A program made the translations under genes and the position numbers. Under the pieces are notes generated by a model. The model was not told where the DNA came from and did no database searches. It was given only the letters and a program-made list of their open reading frames with translations. This document shows positions 1-11,640 of a DNA stretch of 64,000 nt, one piece after another (within the stretch, counting starts at the first letter, position 1; each line of letters begins with the position of its first letter). The DNA is taken from positions 1 through 64,000 of the forward strand of contig JAUCBJ010008861.1 in assembly GCA_032718475.1 (NCBI GenBank), read 5' to 3'. The DNA is from Nemertoderma westbladi (Eukaryota; Animalia; Xenacoelomorpha).

Positions 1-123
1 TTTCAGTATTTATATTTATGACAACTGGTACCGGTACTGTACCGGTTTCCACCTGCTATTGTACCATATCAACTGCTGAACTGATCAATTTGTGACCCTA
101 ATAGCCTAAACAGTTCTGCAGTA

Positions 124-1245
124 ATGGTTAATCAACAGCAGCTTTCCAAAGTCCTTGAAGCTCTAGAGGCCCTCAAACTGGGGCAGTCTGGAATTTCAAA
201 GGAACTATTATCTGTTCGTAATGAACTCAACGCAGCACTAGCGCAAGTTAAGGAGTCAAATTCAAAGGTGACTTCATTGAATCAAACAGTGACCCTACTC
301 GAGGAGGAAGTAGTAAAGTTAAAATGTGAAAATGACGATCTGCATCAATACCAGAGGCGTTGCAATATTTTGATTCACAATCTAACCGAGTCCAGTAATG
401 CTGCTGAGGAGCGAGACAAACTTCTTCGTATCTTGAACACTCTCAACATTTCAATTAATGAGGTCGATGTATTCCATCGTCTAGGCCCCAAACGCTTATC
501 GATACCGTCATCACAACCTTCCAGTTCCAATCCCTCAACATCTCGCCCTCGTGCCCTAGTTGTTCGTTTCATTGGGCATAGTCAGCGCATTAAAGCGCTG
601 AAAGGAAAGAAAGATCTCCAGAAACCTCTTGGGGTTACTGAACATCTAACGCCGAAGAGAGCTGCGATTCTCAAAGAAGTTAGGAGTTTATTGTTATCCC
701 ACCGTATTTATTCCTATTACACATTCAATGGCTCTATTCAGGTGAAAGTTGTCGTGAACGGAAGTCCATTAACGGTCAACAATGGGCAGGATCTCTTATA
801 TTTGAAGCAACGAATCGGTGGTAGTGATGAACCGGGTGGAAGCGAGGAAGTACAATCTACCGGTAAAAGTAAAAGTAAACCTAATAACAGGCGACTCCCC
901 AGTCATTCTTCCGACCCCACTACCGGTAGCAATATTATCGTTGGTGAGTTTGGCTCTGGCCAGAGGTCTTCTACTACTTCAATAGGTAAGGTATCAGGTC
1001 CAAGGAGCCGGGATCGCCCTGCTCGAGGCCAGTCACGTGCGGTATCTAGCGACATGAACCTCGAGGTTCATACAAGTTCTGCCCTTACTGATGATTCCTG
1101 GAAGGCGGTTTCTGGTACCGGTAGTGGTACTGGTACCGGTACCGGTATACAGGGTAACTCTACCTACGAGGCCGCCACTCCACTTGCAAACGTCACTAAC
1201 AACTCGTATTCAGCGTTGGCCGACGATTCAGACTCTGAAGTGTAA
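124..1245 (+). CDS. LINE ORF1 protein (coiled coil + RRM-like, L1/Transposase_22-type)
   Basis: N-terminal heptad coiled coil, then QYQRRCNILIHNL, HRLG, PRALVVRF, TEHLT and YTFNGSIQVK motifs typical of CR1/L2-group ORF1. The C-terminal tail is S/G/T-rich. Confidence 0.85.
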   Translation: MVNQQQLSKVLEALEALKLGQSGISKELLSVRNELNAALAQVKESNSKVTSLNQTVTLLEEEVVKLKCENDDLHQYQRRCNILIHNLTESSNAAEERDKLLRILNTLNISINEVDVFHRLGPKRLSIPSSQPSSSNPSTSRPRALVVRFIGHSQRIKALKGKKDLQKPLGVTEHLTPKRAAILKEVRSLLLSHRIYSYYTFNGSIQVKVVVNGSPLTVNNGQDLLYLKQRIGGSDEPGGSEEVQSTGKSKSKPNNRRLPSHSSDPTTGSNIIVGEFGSGQRSSTTSIGKVSGPRSRDRPARGQSRAVSSDMNLEVHTSSALTDDSWKAVSGTGSGTGTGTGIQGNSTYEAATPLANVTNNSYSALADDSDSEV

Positions 1246-2797
1246 TTTATATTTTTACCTCACTGCTGAGGTTTCGGCCTTCTGTCTTTAGGTGTTACAC
1301 ACTCACACCAGACGTGACCTAACTAGACCTCTCACGTCTTACAATTCTATAACCATACCAAGGTACGTTTAGATCTGCAGTTTTTTGTTCTGTCTGCTTG
1401 TTTATGTCATGATATTAACTATTTCACTGGTGATATAAAATTAATTCCTAACAGTTTGTTTATTCAGTTAAATTTACTTGTTATTTACGATTACATTTAC
1501 TTTGGAAGTATTTTAGTTTTTTTCTTTTTTTTTTTTTTGCTTAATTATATGTCTTCTTAATCTGTAATCATATATTTCAATTGGGAACCCATAGCCAGCC
1601 AACAGGCCCTAACCGGAACTGCTGTTTTCATATTAAAATTTAAAGTGTTTCATGTTGATTTATTGTGTATCTACATATCCCGGTATGCCTAGCTTATATA
1701 TACTAGTGGCATATTTATGATTTATTTCATTATATATATATATATATTTTTTTTATGCAACTTGACTATTGGATTATACTATGTATGTATGTATGTACCG
1801 GTATATATTACGTATACCGCTGGTTTATATAACTGGTCTCACGGGGTATATGCTGGTACAGGTAAATATACAGTATGTATATTTAAAATAATAATATAAT
1901 AAACATGTTGAATATTTGAATTGTGTTCCTTGGTTACCTTGGTTTAAGTTTATATAACTTGTCTAACGGAGTACATATCATCGCTTAAGTACTAGGGGGC
2001 GATATGTATGATGTAGACTGGTATGATTTACTAATGGAGTACATATACCGGTATTAATTTAATGAATGTCAATCATCTAATATACTTGGATAATGGAGTA
2101 CATAAGGAATACCGGTAGTTTATATAATCTTACTTCCCTTATACTTTTAAATGAATTGTGTGCTCCATTAGTGAATTAAACATTGATGAAGAGCTGGCTC
2201 AGTTATGCTTTAATACATCTGGTATGACGTGTGATGTGAACTACCTTGCATTCTGTGCGCCATCTACCATATATTACCGGTATATTATATGGTATATAAT
2301 ATAATGATATTGCATTGCCAATGTACAATTGCGCTCGCTGTAATATGGTATTGTACCATATTCCATTGGTATAATACCGGTGTGCGATATTATATTACTA
2401 GCGTAGTGTGTGTGCATTGCCAATGTATACTATCGTTAAATTGAATGCACACTAACTCAATTCGCGCAAACATATACTGGTAGGTTATGTATGTAAGTAT
2501 ATAATATAAATAATTTATGAGGTAATTTGCTTTGTTTTTTTACAACTTTCCAGTATATGGCCTACTTATTCACATCGCACCATTGCCAGGGATATTAAAT
2601 TATTATTATTATTTTTTTTTTATAATAATACTATTTTATATGTAATTTGATGTTTATTGGACTGTATGGAGTCGGTACCTACAGATCAACAAATTGAGCC
2701 CTATATTCGATCTGAATCCTAGCTTGTACTAACACAACGTACTTTTCTATTTTCGTTTTTTTTTCTCTTTTACTAACCTTTTAGCATTTTTTCATTC

Positions 2798-5700
2798 ATG
2801 CCTATCACCTATCCTTCCTCGTCCCCACCTCTGGATTGTGGATTTTGTTTTAGTTTGATTGGCCCAACCGACGACATATTTTCGTGCTGCCACTGCACCA
2901 CAATTTATCATATACAATGTGGTTCATATCTTTCACATAAGGAGTACCGCAAATCTAAATATGAACGCTGGTGCATTTTTTGTAATTACGACACTTTTCC
3001 CTTTATGACGGTGGACAATGATGATGATGATATTTTTGGTGATAACAGAAGTTCTGTTCTGGAACCTACCACTATGGAATCTCTTGATCGTTTTTTTGAT
3101 GAAGTGGACCCTGACCAGAATATTATGCGGCCTATTTTTTCTCACGGGTACTTTAATGAGGAAAAATATGACCAAGAATTCTTAGATAACTCGCACAATG
3201 CATTATCAATATTTCACTTGAATGCACAAAGTATTAATGCCAAGCATGATTTAATTCTAGACTTTTTCCATGCACTTGAATCGAAATTAGATATAATTTC
3301 TTTTTCTGAAACTTTTTTTACTAAGGATCAACAGATTGCTCGTTACAATTTACACGGCTATCAAAAACCTTTTTGTGACTTTCACAGTGCAAATATAGCT
3401 CGTGGTGGTGTAGCAATTTATGTCCGAGAGGAGCTCGAAGCTGTTGAGCGCCCAGATCTAAAAATGGGCTGCACTGAAAATACGTGGATCCAAATTACCC
3501 GCAGTAACCAATCAAAGCCTTTAATTATCGGGTGTCTTTATCGTTCGGAAGAAATTAATACTTATGATTTTATTGATGAACTTGATTCAAAGCTTTCATA
3601 TTTAGCAAATAATAATTATGAAGTTGTTCTTACAGGCGATTTCAACATTGATATGATGAAAAATGATAAGCCTCAAAGGACATATTTAAGTACTCTGCAC
3701 TCAAATGCTTTCCATCAGGTTATAACAGAACCTACTCGTATTGATGAGCGCTTTGGATCAAAATCATTAATAGACCATATTCTAACTAATACAAGTTCAT
3801 CTGTTTGTAGCTCTGGAGTTTTTGTTGCTAAAATAAGTGACCACTTACCAACATTCATAGTACTAAATAATTTTTCAGCTTATTTTAAACCTAGGGAATC
3901 TAAGATTGAATATGATTACTCCTTCTTCGATTCCAAATTGTTCCTAGATAATTTAAAGCGCGATGACGCCTGGAGCTACAATGTAATCAATTCTGATTCA
4001 GAAAAATTCGACAGATTTTATGAAGATTTTTCCAACATATGTAGTACCCATTTGCCGGTTAAAACAATATCTAGGAAAAATATTCCCCGTAAACCATGGC
4101 TTACTCCCGCGCTGTTACAATCTATACGCCGTAAAAATAAATTGTATGCACTATCTATCACTAAACCCACAGAGAAAAATCGCCAGACTTTTAAATTATA
4201 TAGGAACGCTCTAACAACATTACTCCGGCGTGCAGAGAAAAACTATTACTCAAATGAATTCACAAGGAATCAGACAAATATTAGGAAAACATGGAAAATT
4301 ATTAATTCTGCACTTAACAGAAATTCCCGTTCTGCTCTTCCGAAAAAATTGAATGTTACTAATATAAACAATGAAAAAATCACAATAGCTGATCAAAAAT
4401 TAATTGCGGAAGAATTTAACGATTTCTTTACGTCAATTGGTCCTAGTCTCGCATCAAAAATCTTTCCGTCTGGATGTTGCCCCACTCGGCACATCGCTCA
4501 TAAAAAAAGTAATTCCTTTGTTTTGATTGAGACTAGCCCAGTTGAGGTTGAATACCACATTTTAACTTTAAAAGAAAGCTCTGCTACTAATGATCAATTT
4601 CCCACTAAAATAGTTAAAATTGCAGCAAAAATATTGAGTTTACATCTTGCTAAATTATTGAACTGTAGTCTACGAATAGGAAGTTTCCCAATGCGTTTAA
4701 AAGAAGCCAAAGTTATCCCTGCGTACAAAGGTGCTGATCCATTCGATCCATCAAATTACCGTCCAATTTCTTTGCTCCCTATGTTTAGTAAAATATATGA
4801 GATTATTATTTATGACCAATTAATTTCATATATTAATAAAAATACAATTCTAACCCCGAATCAATTTGGTTTCAGAAAAAAATTTACAACTTCAGAGGCT
4901 ATTTTACAGATAACTGAAAAATTAAGATCTGTTCTAGATAACGGCGAATCAGCCTGCGTAATCTACATAGATCTTAAAAAGGCGTTTGATACCTTGGACC
5001 ACTCAATCCTAATTAAAAAAATGGAACGCTATGGTGTCAGGGGTCGTCAGTTACAATTGTTTTCAGATTATTTAACAGGCCGCACTCAGTGGGTTTCTGT
5101 GGGTTCTGCCAGCTCAACAAAAAAACTAATAACATGTGGTATACCACAGGGATCTATTTTGGGGCCGCTATTATTTTTATTATACATTAACGATCTTCCG
5201 AATAGTAATAAATTTTTGACAACCCTTTTTGCTGACGACACTACCTTAATGTATCACTCTCATAATCATAATATTTTAATTGACACTGTAAACTCAGAAT
5301 TTGTTAATATATCAAATTGGCTGGCCGATAACAAATTATCATTAAACATAAAAAAAACAGAGTATAGTTATTTTTCAAATTCAAAATTACCACACTCGGG
5401 ACTTCCAATAGTTAAAATTAAAGAAACTGCAATTACCAAGGCGGCAGGGGTCAAATATTTAGGTGTATTCATTGACGACAGGCTTACGTTTAAATTACAT
5501 GTGCAGTATGTTCTTAAAAAATTATCGAAATCCAGTGGTATATTTTACAAACTTCGTCATATTTTCCCCTTGCATATCCTTAGAACCATATTTTTTGCTT
5601 TAATATATCCATACGTTAATTATGGCTTAATTGTTTGGGGGGCTGCGTGTGACTCAATTTTAAAGCCTATAAGGACAAAAATAAATAAAATTTTACGAGT

Positions 5701-6052
5701 AATTACATTTAGTCACTACCGTACATCCTCACTACCCCTGTACCGCCAACTAAAGGTGTTACCTCTAGAGAAGTTATATAAATACCAAGTTTGTAAACTA
5801 ATGTATGATATAAACCATAATGTTCCTGGTTCTTTATCCCATTTGTTTACAAAATTTAGTGATATACATTCTCATAACACACGCTCAGCAGCATCAGGTT
5901 TATATAGGTTACCTAGAGTTCGACTCAATGTGGCTCATCAATCACTGGCTCTTCAAGGATCGTTAATGTGGAACAGTCTAAATTCTGAACTTCGTTCAAT
6001 CACAAGCAAATCTTTATTTTTAAATAAATTAAAATTGTTCTTATTAAACTGA
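2798..6052 (+). CDS. LINE ORF2: PHD finger + AP endonuclease + reverse transcriptase
   Basis: C4HC3 PHD (CGFC..CCHC..HIQC..WCIFC). APE motifs HLNAQS, SET, GGVAIYV, GDFN, IDHI, SDH. RT motifs YRPISLL, QFGFR, DLKKAFD, GIPQGSILGPLLF, FADD, YLGV. 1084 aa uninterrupted. Confidence 0.96.
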   Translation: MPITYPSSSPPLDCGFCFSLIGPTDDIFSCCHCTTIYHIQCGSYLSHKEYRKSKYERWCIFCNYDTFPFMTVDNDDDDIFGDNRSSVLEPTTMESLDRFFDEVDPDQNIMRPIFSHGYFNEEKYDQEFLDNSHNALSIFHLNAQSINAKHDLILDFFHALESKLDIISFSETFFTKDQQIARYNLHGYQKPFCDFHSANIARGGVAIYVREELEAVERPDLKMGCTENTWIQITRSNQSKPLIIGCLYRSEEINTYDFIDELDSKLSYLANNNYEVVLTGDFNIDMMKNDKPQRTYLSTLHSNAFHQVITEPTRIDERFGSKSLIDHILTNTSSSVCSSGVFVAKISDHLPTFIVLNNFSAYFKPRESKIEYDYSFFDSKLFLDNLKRDDAWSYNVINSDSEKFDRFYEDFSNICSTHLPVKTISRKNIPRKPWLTPALLQSIRRKNKLYALSITKPTEKNRQTFKLYRNALTTLLRRAEKNYYSNEFTRNQTNIRKTWKIINSALNRNSRSALPKKLNVTNINNEKITIADQKLIAEEFNDFFTSIGPSLASKIFPSGCCPTRHIAHKKSNSFVLIETSPVEVEYHILTLKESSATNDQFPTKIVKIAAKILSLHLAKLLNCSLRIGSFPMRLKEAKVIPAYKGADPFDPSNYRPISLLPMFSKIYEIIIYDQLISYINKNTILTPNQFGFRKKFTTSEAILQITEKLRSVLDNGESACVIYIDLKKAFDTLDHSILIKKMERYGVRGRQLQLFSDYLTGRTQWVSVGSASSTKKLITCGIPQGSILGPLLFLLYINDLPNSNKFLTTLFADDTTLMYHSHNHNILIDTVNSEFVNISNWLADNKLSLNIKKTEYSYFSNSKLPHSGLPIVKIKETAITKAAGVKYLGVFIDDRLTFKLHVQYVLKKLSKSSGIFYKLRHIFPLHILRTIFFALIYPYVNYGLIVWGAACDSILKPIRTKINKILRVITFSHYRTSSLPLYRQLKVLPLEKLYKYQVCKLMYDINHNVPGSLSHLFTKFSDIHSHNTRSAASGLYRLPRVRLNVAHQSLALQGSLMWNSLNSELRSITSKSLFLNKLKLFLLN

Positions 6053-6092
6053 AATATTTATATATAGATATTTGTCCCTTACAACTCATAAT

Positions 6093-6553
6093 TTGTTTGT
6101 CTCACCCTGGCTTGGAGTCACGCTTCATTTTTGTCTCACCCGGCGAGGGGTCACTCTCCATTTTTGTCTCACCCGGGCGCGGGGCCACGCTTCATCTTTT
6201 GTCTCACCCGGGCGCGGGGCCACGCTTAATTATTTGTCTCACCCGGGCGTGGGGCACGCTTCATTTTTGCCTCACCCGGCGAGGGGTCACTCTTCATTTT
6301 GTCTCACCCGGGCGCGGGGTCACGCTTCATTTTGTCACACCCGGCGAGGGGTTACTCTCCATTTTTATCTCACCCGGGCGCGGGGTCACGCTTCATTTTT
6401 TGTCTCACCCGGGCGCGGGGTCACGCTTAATTTTTGTCTCACCCGGGCGCGGGGTCACGCTTCATTTTGTCACACCCGGCGAGGGGACACTCTCCATTTT
6501 TGTCTCACCCGGGCGCGGGGTCACGCTTCCTTTTTGTCTCACCCGGGTGAGTC
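6093..6553 (+). repeat. ~35-bp GC-rich tandem repeat in LINE 3' UTR (~13 units)
   Basis: Unit TTTGTCTCACCCGGGCGCGGGGTCACGCTTCAT, with a periodic variant CCGGCGAGGGGTCACTCTCC. Confidence 0.92.
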
Positions 6554-6989
6554 TCTTTGGCACTCTGCACGAAAAATATGTATTTATGTCATTCTAATTT
6601 TAAATCTAATTATAATTTAAGTATAATCCACAATCCAAGTCCTTGCACCACTACCCCCCCCCCCCCCCCCCCCCCCTCATAAACATAAGAAGGTAAATAA
6701 TAAATCTAACGTCAATATTTATATCCAGTATTTCACCAGGTGGACAGCTAGTCACTAGCACTGCTATTTTGCTGTTCTCCTGAAACAAACAAACTTCATA
6801 CATTAATAACCATCTACAGTAGTTACCGACTCAATCCAGCCCCCTGATTATATTAATAATATTACTTAATTGCAACTAGAAATATTCTGGTTATGTAAGA
6901 TGTGTGGCTAGCTATGGGTTCTGGTATAGGCTATATATTAGATTTTAAATGTTTGTTTGTTTGAATAAATAAATTTGAATTTGAATTTG

Positions 6990-8432
6990 TGTGCATTGTA
7001 CTTTACACAATGAACCCGGCGTAGCATTCTTGTGAATGTGCCATCCAGAGATTTGGTGTCCTCAGCAGTTAGAGCCCAGCATGGACTCCCGTAGAGGAGT
7101 ACTGGAACTACTGCTGCTCTAAATAATCGGACCTTAAGTTTCCGATTAATTCTCGGTGACTTCCAAATCCTGGAAAGCCTATTCAAGGCTGCCCATGCCT
7201 TTCCCTTACGTATTCGAAGGTCCTCACCTGACTTCCGGATCCATGATCCCAGGTAACAGAAGTCGTCCACATGCTCAAGCATACCATCCTTTGAGCTTAT
7301 GCTCATCCGATCAGAGACTTGCTGAGGACTTTCAAAGTTAACTGTCAGAATTTTGGTCTTTCTGGAGTTAATAAAAAGACCAACACTAGAAGCAGCATGT
7401 TCTAATGAGCTGAGGAGCCGTTGGGCTCCCTCTAATGATTCTGAGAGTACTCCTAAGTCATCAGCAAAGTCTAGATCAGTTAGGTACTTGGCAGGATTTC
7501 CTCGACTTCTGGAGCCAGTAGGTTGAGTTATCATCACCCCATCATCATTATAATGATCTAAGGACATGCGTAGAACATAGTCAACCACAATAATGAACAA
7601 GAATGGTGCAAGTGTGTCTCCTTGGAGGACGCCCCATAACACTTCAAATGGTTCTGTGTCACCGTCAACAGTAGACACAAATGTTGTCGAACCATCGTAT
7701 ACTGATCTGATTGCTGCAATAATTTCATCAGGAATCCCATATAATGAAAGTATGCTGAACATACGTGAGCGAGAGACTGAATCAAAGGCCTTGAAGAAGT
7801 CAACAAAGATAACAGCCAGATGCCTGTCTTTCTTTTTTGATAACTCTTCAATTATCCTTCTAAGTGCCAAAATGGGCTCCATGGTCCCACGACCTTTACG
7901 GAACCCATTCTGATTTCCACGGAGCAGTCTCTCAATGGGATCCCTGATGCGATTTAATAGAATCCTATTGTATAGCTTTGCAGCAATCGAGATCAATGAG
8001 ATTCCCCGAAAAGAACCATAGAGTGTTAGGTTGCCCTTCTTGGGAACTGGCACCAACTTATTTGTTTTCATTTCTTGTGGGACTCTTGTTGTTCGGTACA
8101 TGTCTACTATGATGGGATAGATGAGCTTTAAACACTCAGGTATTTTAAAGACCTCAGGGGGAACACCATCTACTCCACTGGCACGATTGGTCTTAATGCT
8201 CTTTGCAGCAGCCTTCACTTCTGCAAAGGAGATATCGCCAATGGGAATATCTGGAAGTACAGACTCAGACACTTTTACTTCTATAAAGTTATCAGGCAAT
8301 ACCCTGTCATTATTGAGGAGCTTTTCAAAGTGGGCTTTCCAACCATTGAGGCGATCGGCTGGTGATTCAGCCTTAACCTTGGTGGTTGGTTGGCTTTTCC
8401 GCCCAGTAAGCAGATTGATTGATTTCCATGAG
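6990..8432 (-). pseudogene. RTE-clade LINE reverse transcriptase fragment, 5'-truncated and interrupted at its 3' end
   Basis: GVDGVPPE, VPVPKKG, FRGISL, QNGFRKGR, FVDFFKAFDSV, GVLQGDTLAPFLF, LDFADD, YLGS, LLYG. The final KFKFKFIYSNK residues are read-through into the tail of the adjacent LINE. Confidence 0.92.
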
Positions 8433-10270
8433 TTTCACCAGTATCACGATGAATATTTCTGATGTGGCTGATGATAGATACGTCCACGCACTAGTTGACA
8501 GATCAGTGGAATTATCGGTAGTGAATCCTTGACAGGTCACCTCCCTCGTGCTCACTTGCCCGTCTTCATCCGACGAACCTGGTTGATATCCATCGTCTAG
8601 GATGCCGGCGTACGTATTCTTCCTTATTGTCACAGGATCTCTACTTACCTTCCTTTGGGGATTCCTTTGTAAATAACGGTCTGTTGGAGTATGGAAATCT
8701 GCATGTAGCAGCTTGTGATTTAATCTACCGCACTCCACACATCCGTCTTTACTATTCGGGCACTGGCATCCACACATCCGTCTTTACTATTCGGGCACTG
8801 GTGTCGTACGTGACCTGGAGCAATTCATGCCCAACAGGTGTCTAATGTCCGCACTTGAACCCTTCGCTGTTCTGAACTTAGCTCCTTGAAGCGTCTACAA
8901 CTGTCCAATTTATGATCGTCTGATCTTATTTCCTTTAGTAGGCAAATTGATAACCTACAAATCCGTCTGGCAACTCCTGTTGCTTCGTCCTGGGACTATC
9001 TGACCTCTCACCTGACCATACTCTGAAGGCAGGGTCTGGTCTGAAGGCAGGGGTATTCGGATTGTATTTGTCGATCGAGTTAAACGTCACAGTTGGTTTG
9101 TCTTTGTCGAAACTCACCATTGACCTTCCAATGGCAGGCCTCTCCCTCATGTTCTTTTCTGAGAAGTTCGACTTCAACTCTGCTACAGCGTCTGTGGCTA
9201 TCATGTCGTGGATATGTCTGAGCATCAACACCTTGTCCTGACCCTCCAGTTTATTCTCTAATTTTCTCCACTTTTGTCGATAACTTATGTTTAGGCGTCT
9301 TATTATACTCTTCAATACCTCTGAGTGATCATCATGATGGGGTAGATTCACCATCTTTAAAATATCTAGGGCGTTCGAAATGGCGTTGGATAAGTTCAAC
9401 AGCTCCAATGGGATCGTAATTTTTCCGCCCTTGCCCAAATCCTCTACTATCAACTATTCTTGCTGCGCTATCTTCCTCCAATCGCGCCTTCTCTTTGTAT
9501 AACAGTCGCCTTTCTCTCTCAAGCTCGAGTTCGCATTCTTTACATTTGCATTTGAGTTGAAATTCATGCTCCTTGTGCTCTCGTTCTTTCGCTTCACATT
9601 CGAGTTGAAGTTCGCATTCTTTCCGTTTGCATTCATCTTGAAGTTTGCGTTCCTTACATTCGTGTTCGACTTGAAGTTCGTGTTCCTTACGTTCGCATTC
9701 GACTTGAAGTTCGCGTTCTTTCGGTTCATGTTCTAGTTGCTCGCACTTACTTTTGTCCTCCAACTCTTGCAGATTCGCCTCCACTCTGCAGCGGCGCTCC
9801 TTTTCTCGTTCGTCTTCCTTCCTTGCTTCCGCCGTGCGTAAAATCTCCTTTTGTTGTTCATCCAACCGCCGTCTTCTTTCTTCTGCGGAGTTGTGAGAAA
9901 GAAGGGATCTAGTGCATATGACATTTCCTCGCACATGAGTAACCAATGAGTCTTCAATGTTTCTGGATGCATCGTCGGGTGGAGTAAGTGGCCTCCACTG
10001 GATATTCTCCATTGTCAGCAGTACCTCAGCTGGCACTACTACTCCACTCTGCATCAGCGAATTGGTGACTTCTCTCTGGTATCGGCACTCCTCTTTGTCT
10101 TGAGTCTCTTCTAATTCTACTAGATCTCTTAATTCCGCATCACTTACTTGATTCATCTGTGCTTGTGAACCCCATAATAGCCAGTTTTCTGTCCTAACCC
10201 GTCGGAAACACTCTGATAGTGTACTGTGCTCCAATAAGGTTGGTAGGGCCTTATCGTATATCCGCGTCAC
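8433..10270 (-). pseudogene. Degenerate BEL/Pao gag-protease remnant (element A)
   Basis: Coiled-coil ORF 9332-10339; gag-like LSNAISNALDIL..IIRRLN..QKWRK; knuckle CVECGRLNHKLLH (BEL third-knuckle pattern); decayed protease PVTI..ILDDG. Frameshifts and stops are present. Confidence 0.65.
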
Positions 10271-10636
10271 TGTGATGGGATCAGAGATCCCGACCGGGTT
10301 GTTAAAGTATGCATCACCGTTCTGCTGGGGATCGTGCAACTAGCTTTGGCCGAGGCCGTTTGGGAAAAACAGTGAAAGTTTCTGTTGTCTTTCGATATTA
10401 ATTAATATGGACGATAATAGCATGCCAGTAAATGAGCAGAAAATACAGATTAATTGTTACTGGTATGGCGGTGGCGGTGATTAACTATGACCAGTCTGCA
10501 CTGACTGAACTGAATAACACAACTGACCGGTAAACCAGTAATGTAAGATAATATATGATTAACACATTGAATATTGGTTCACCTCCTACTCTACTTTGGC
10601 CCTCTACCCAATGGATGCTTTCCTGTTCCCTATCAC
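10271..10636 (+). repeat. Dispersed ~310-370-bp module, copy 1 (LTR-start-like)
   Basis: Near-identical to 20024-20382 and, inverted, to 28462-28774. Starts TGTGA(T/C)GGGATCAGAGATCCCG. Confidence 0.85.
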
Positions 10637-10806
10637 ATGCTTCCCTCCCCACTATTGGCTAATATACTACTTGTCACTTTGGCACTCCCTGGGAGTGTTT
10701 CCCCTCCGCTGCTAGCCTCCACTAGCTGTATTCCCTCCGAGGTGATTTGACCTCTCACCTTTCTCTGTGGCTTTGGGGCTTGTGTCGCCCCCCCCCCCCC
10801 CCCCAA

Positions 10807-11624
10807 TGTTGGTTATGATACGAGATTAATATTGGAAATCTCGTATCCCCAACATATTGCTAAAATGCCACTAGTCCCATTTTCTGGTGGGTAATGAAGT
10901 GGAATTGAATCCGCTTACACTCCCCCCATGCTATTTTCCCGGTGTGAAGATAGCATCAACCTTAAGTGCGCTTCAATTCCGCTGGAACCCAATCTAATAT
11001 CGGGTGTGGGGTGGAGTTCTATTCTCGGGGTTGGCTTTCCAGGCAGCCCACCCTGGGTGTGTTATTGCTAGCCCTCTTTGGTGCAATCGAGAGCTATGTT
11101 GCACCAAGATATCTGACGTCTCTGTTAGAGACAATTGTGGACTCTCTTTCCACACAATTTTATACGACTTCGCTTTAAATTCACTCTAATCTCACTCTAC
11201 TCTTTCTCTCACGGACCCTATTGTCCCTTACTCTCTCTCTTACTGCTCGCTCCCCACACTTGAATTGCACTCCTCTAGTTTCTACGCACGTCAACACCTC
11301 ATCTCCATACTTCCCTCATACTCCTATACTCAACCCATGCTTGTTTCACTCCACTCACCCCTGACGAGCCTCACCCTCCCCTTTTGTGCCATCGCACTCA
11401 AGAAATGTTATTCGTCTAGTGTCCCTTCTCCTGTCATAGTCAATTGGTCCCCAGTCCCAGTAGCTAGTTGGATAAAGGTTATATATGACTATAGTATTTA
11501 GTTTGATTATATTCATTCTGATTATATTGATTATTACATACGTACATACTAATTGCACTTAATTGCTTTTGCACTTAGGAGTCCGTATTATTTCCACATG
11601 TGGTGCCTTCCAGGCACACCCACA
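10807..11624 (-). repeat. Putative 3' LTR of element B1
   Basis: On the minus strand, the purine tract AGAGGGGGAGA (11635-11625) is followed directly by TGTGG plus a hairpin. The candidate end is ..CCAACA at 10807. There is no second copy to confirm the boundaries. Confidence 0.45.
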
Positions 11625-11640
11625 TCTCCCCCTCTGAGTC

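Larger units (their letters stand above)
1..6989 (+). mobile_element. Non-LTR retrotransposon, CR1/L2 group (Crack/Daphne-like), two intact ORFs; 5' end may lie before the window
   Basis: ORF1, then a 1.55-kb spacer, then PHD-APE-RT ORF2. The 3' UTR has a stem-loop (~6735-6783) and ends AATAAATAAATTTGAATTTGAATTTG, a short tandem-repeat tail typical of this group. The tail abuts and interrupts an RTE ORF. Confidence 0.9.

Noticed and set aside
6072-6620. 182-aa and 166-aa ORFs after LINE ORF2
   Set aside because: They are translations of the 35-bp tandem repeat, with no independent coding signal.
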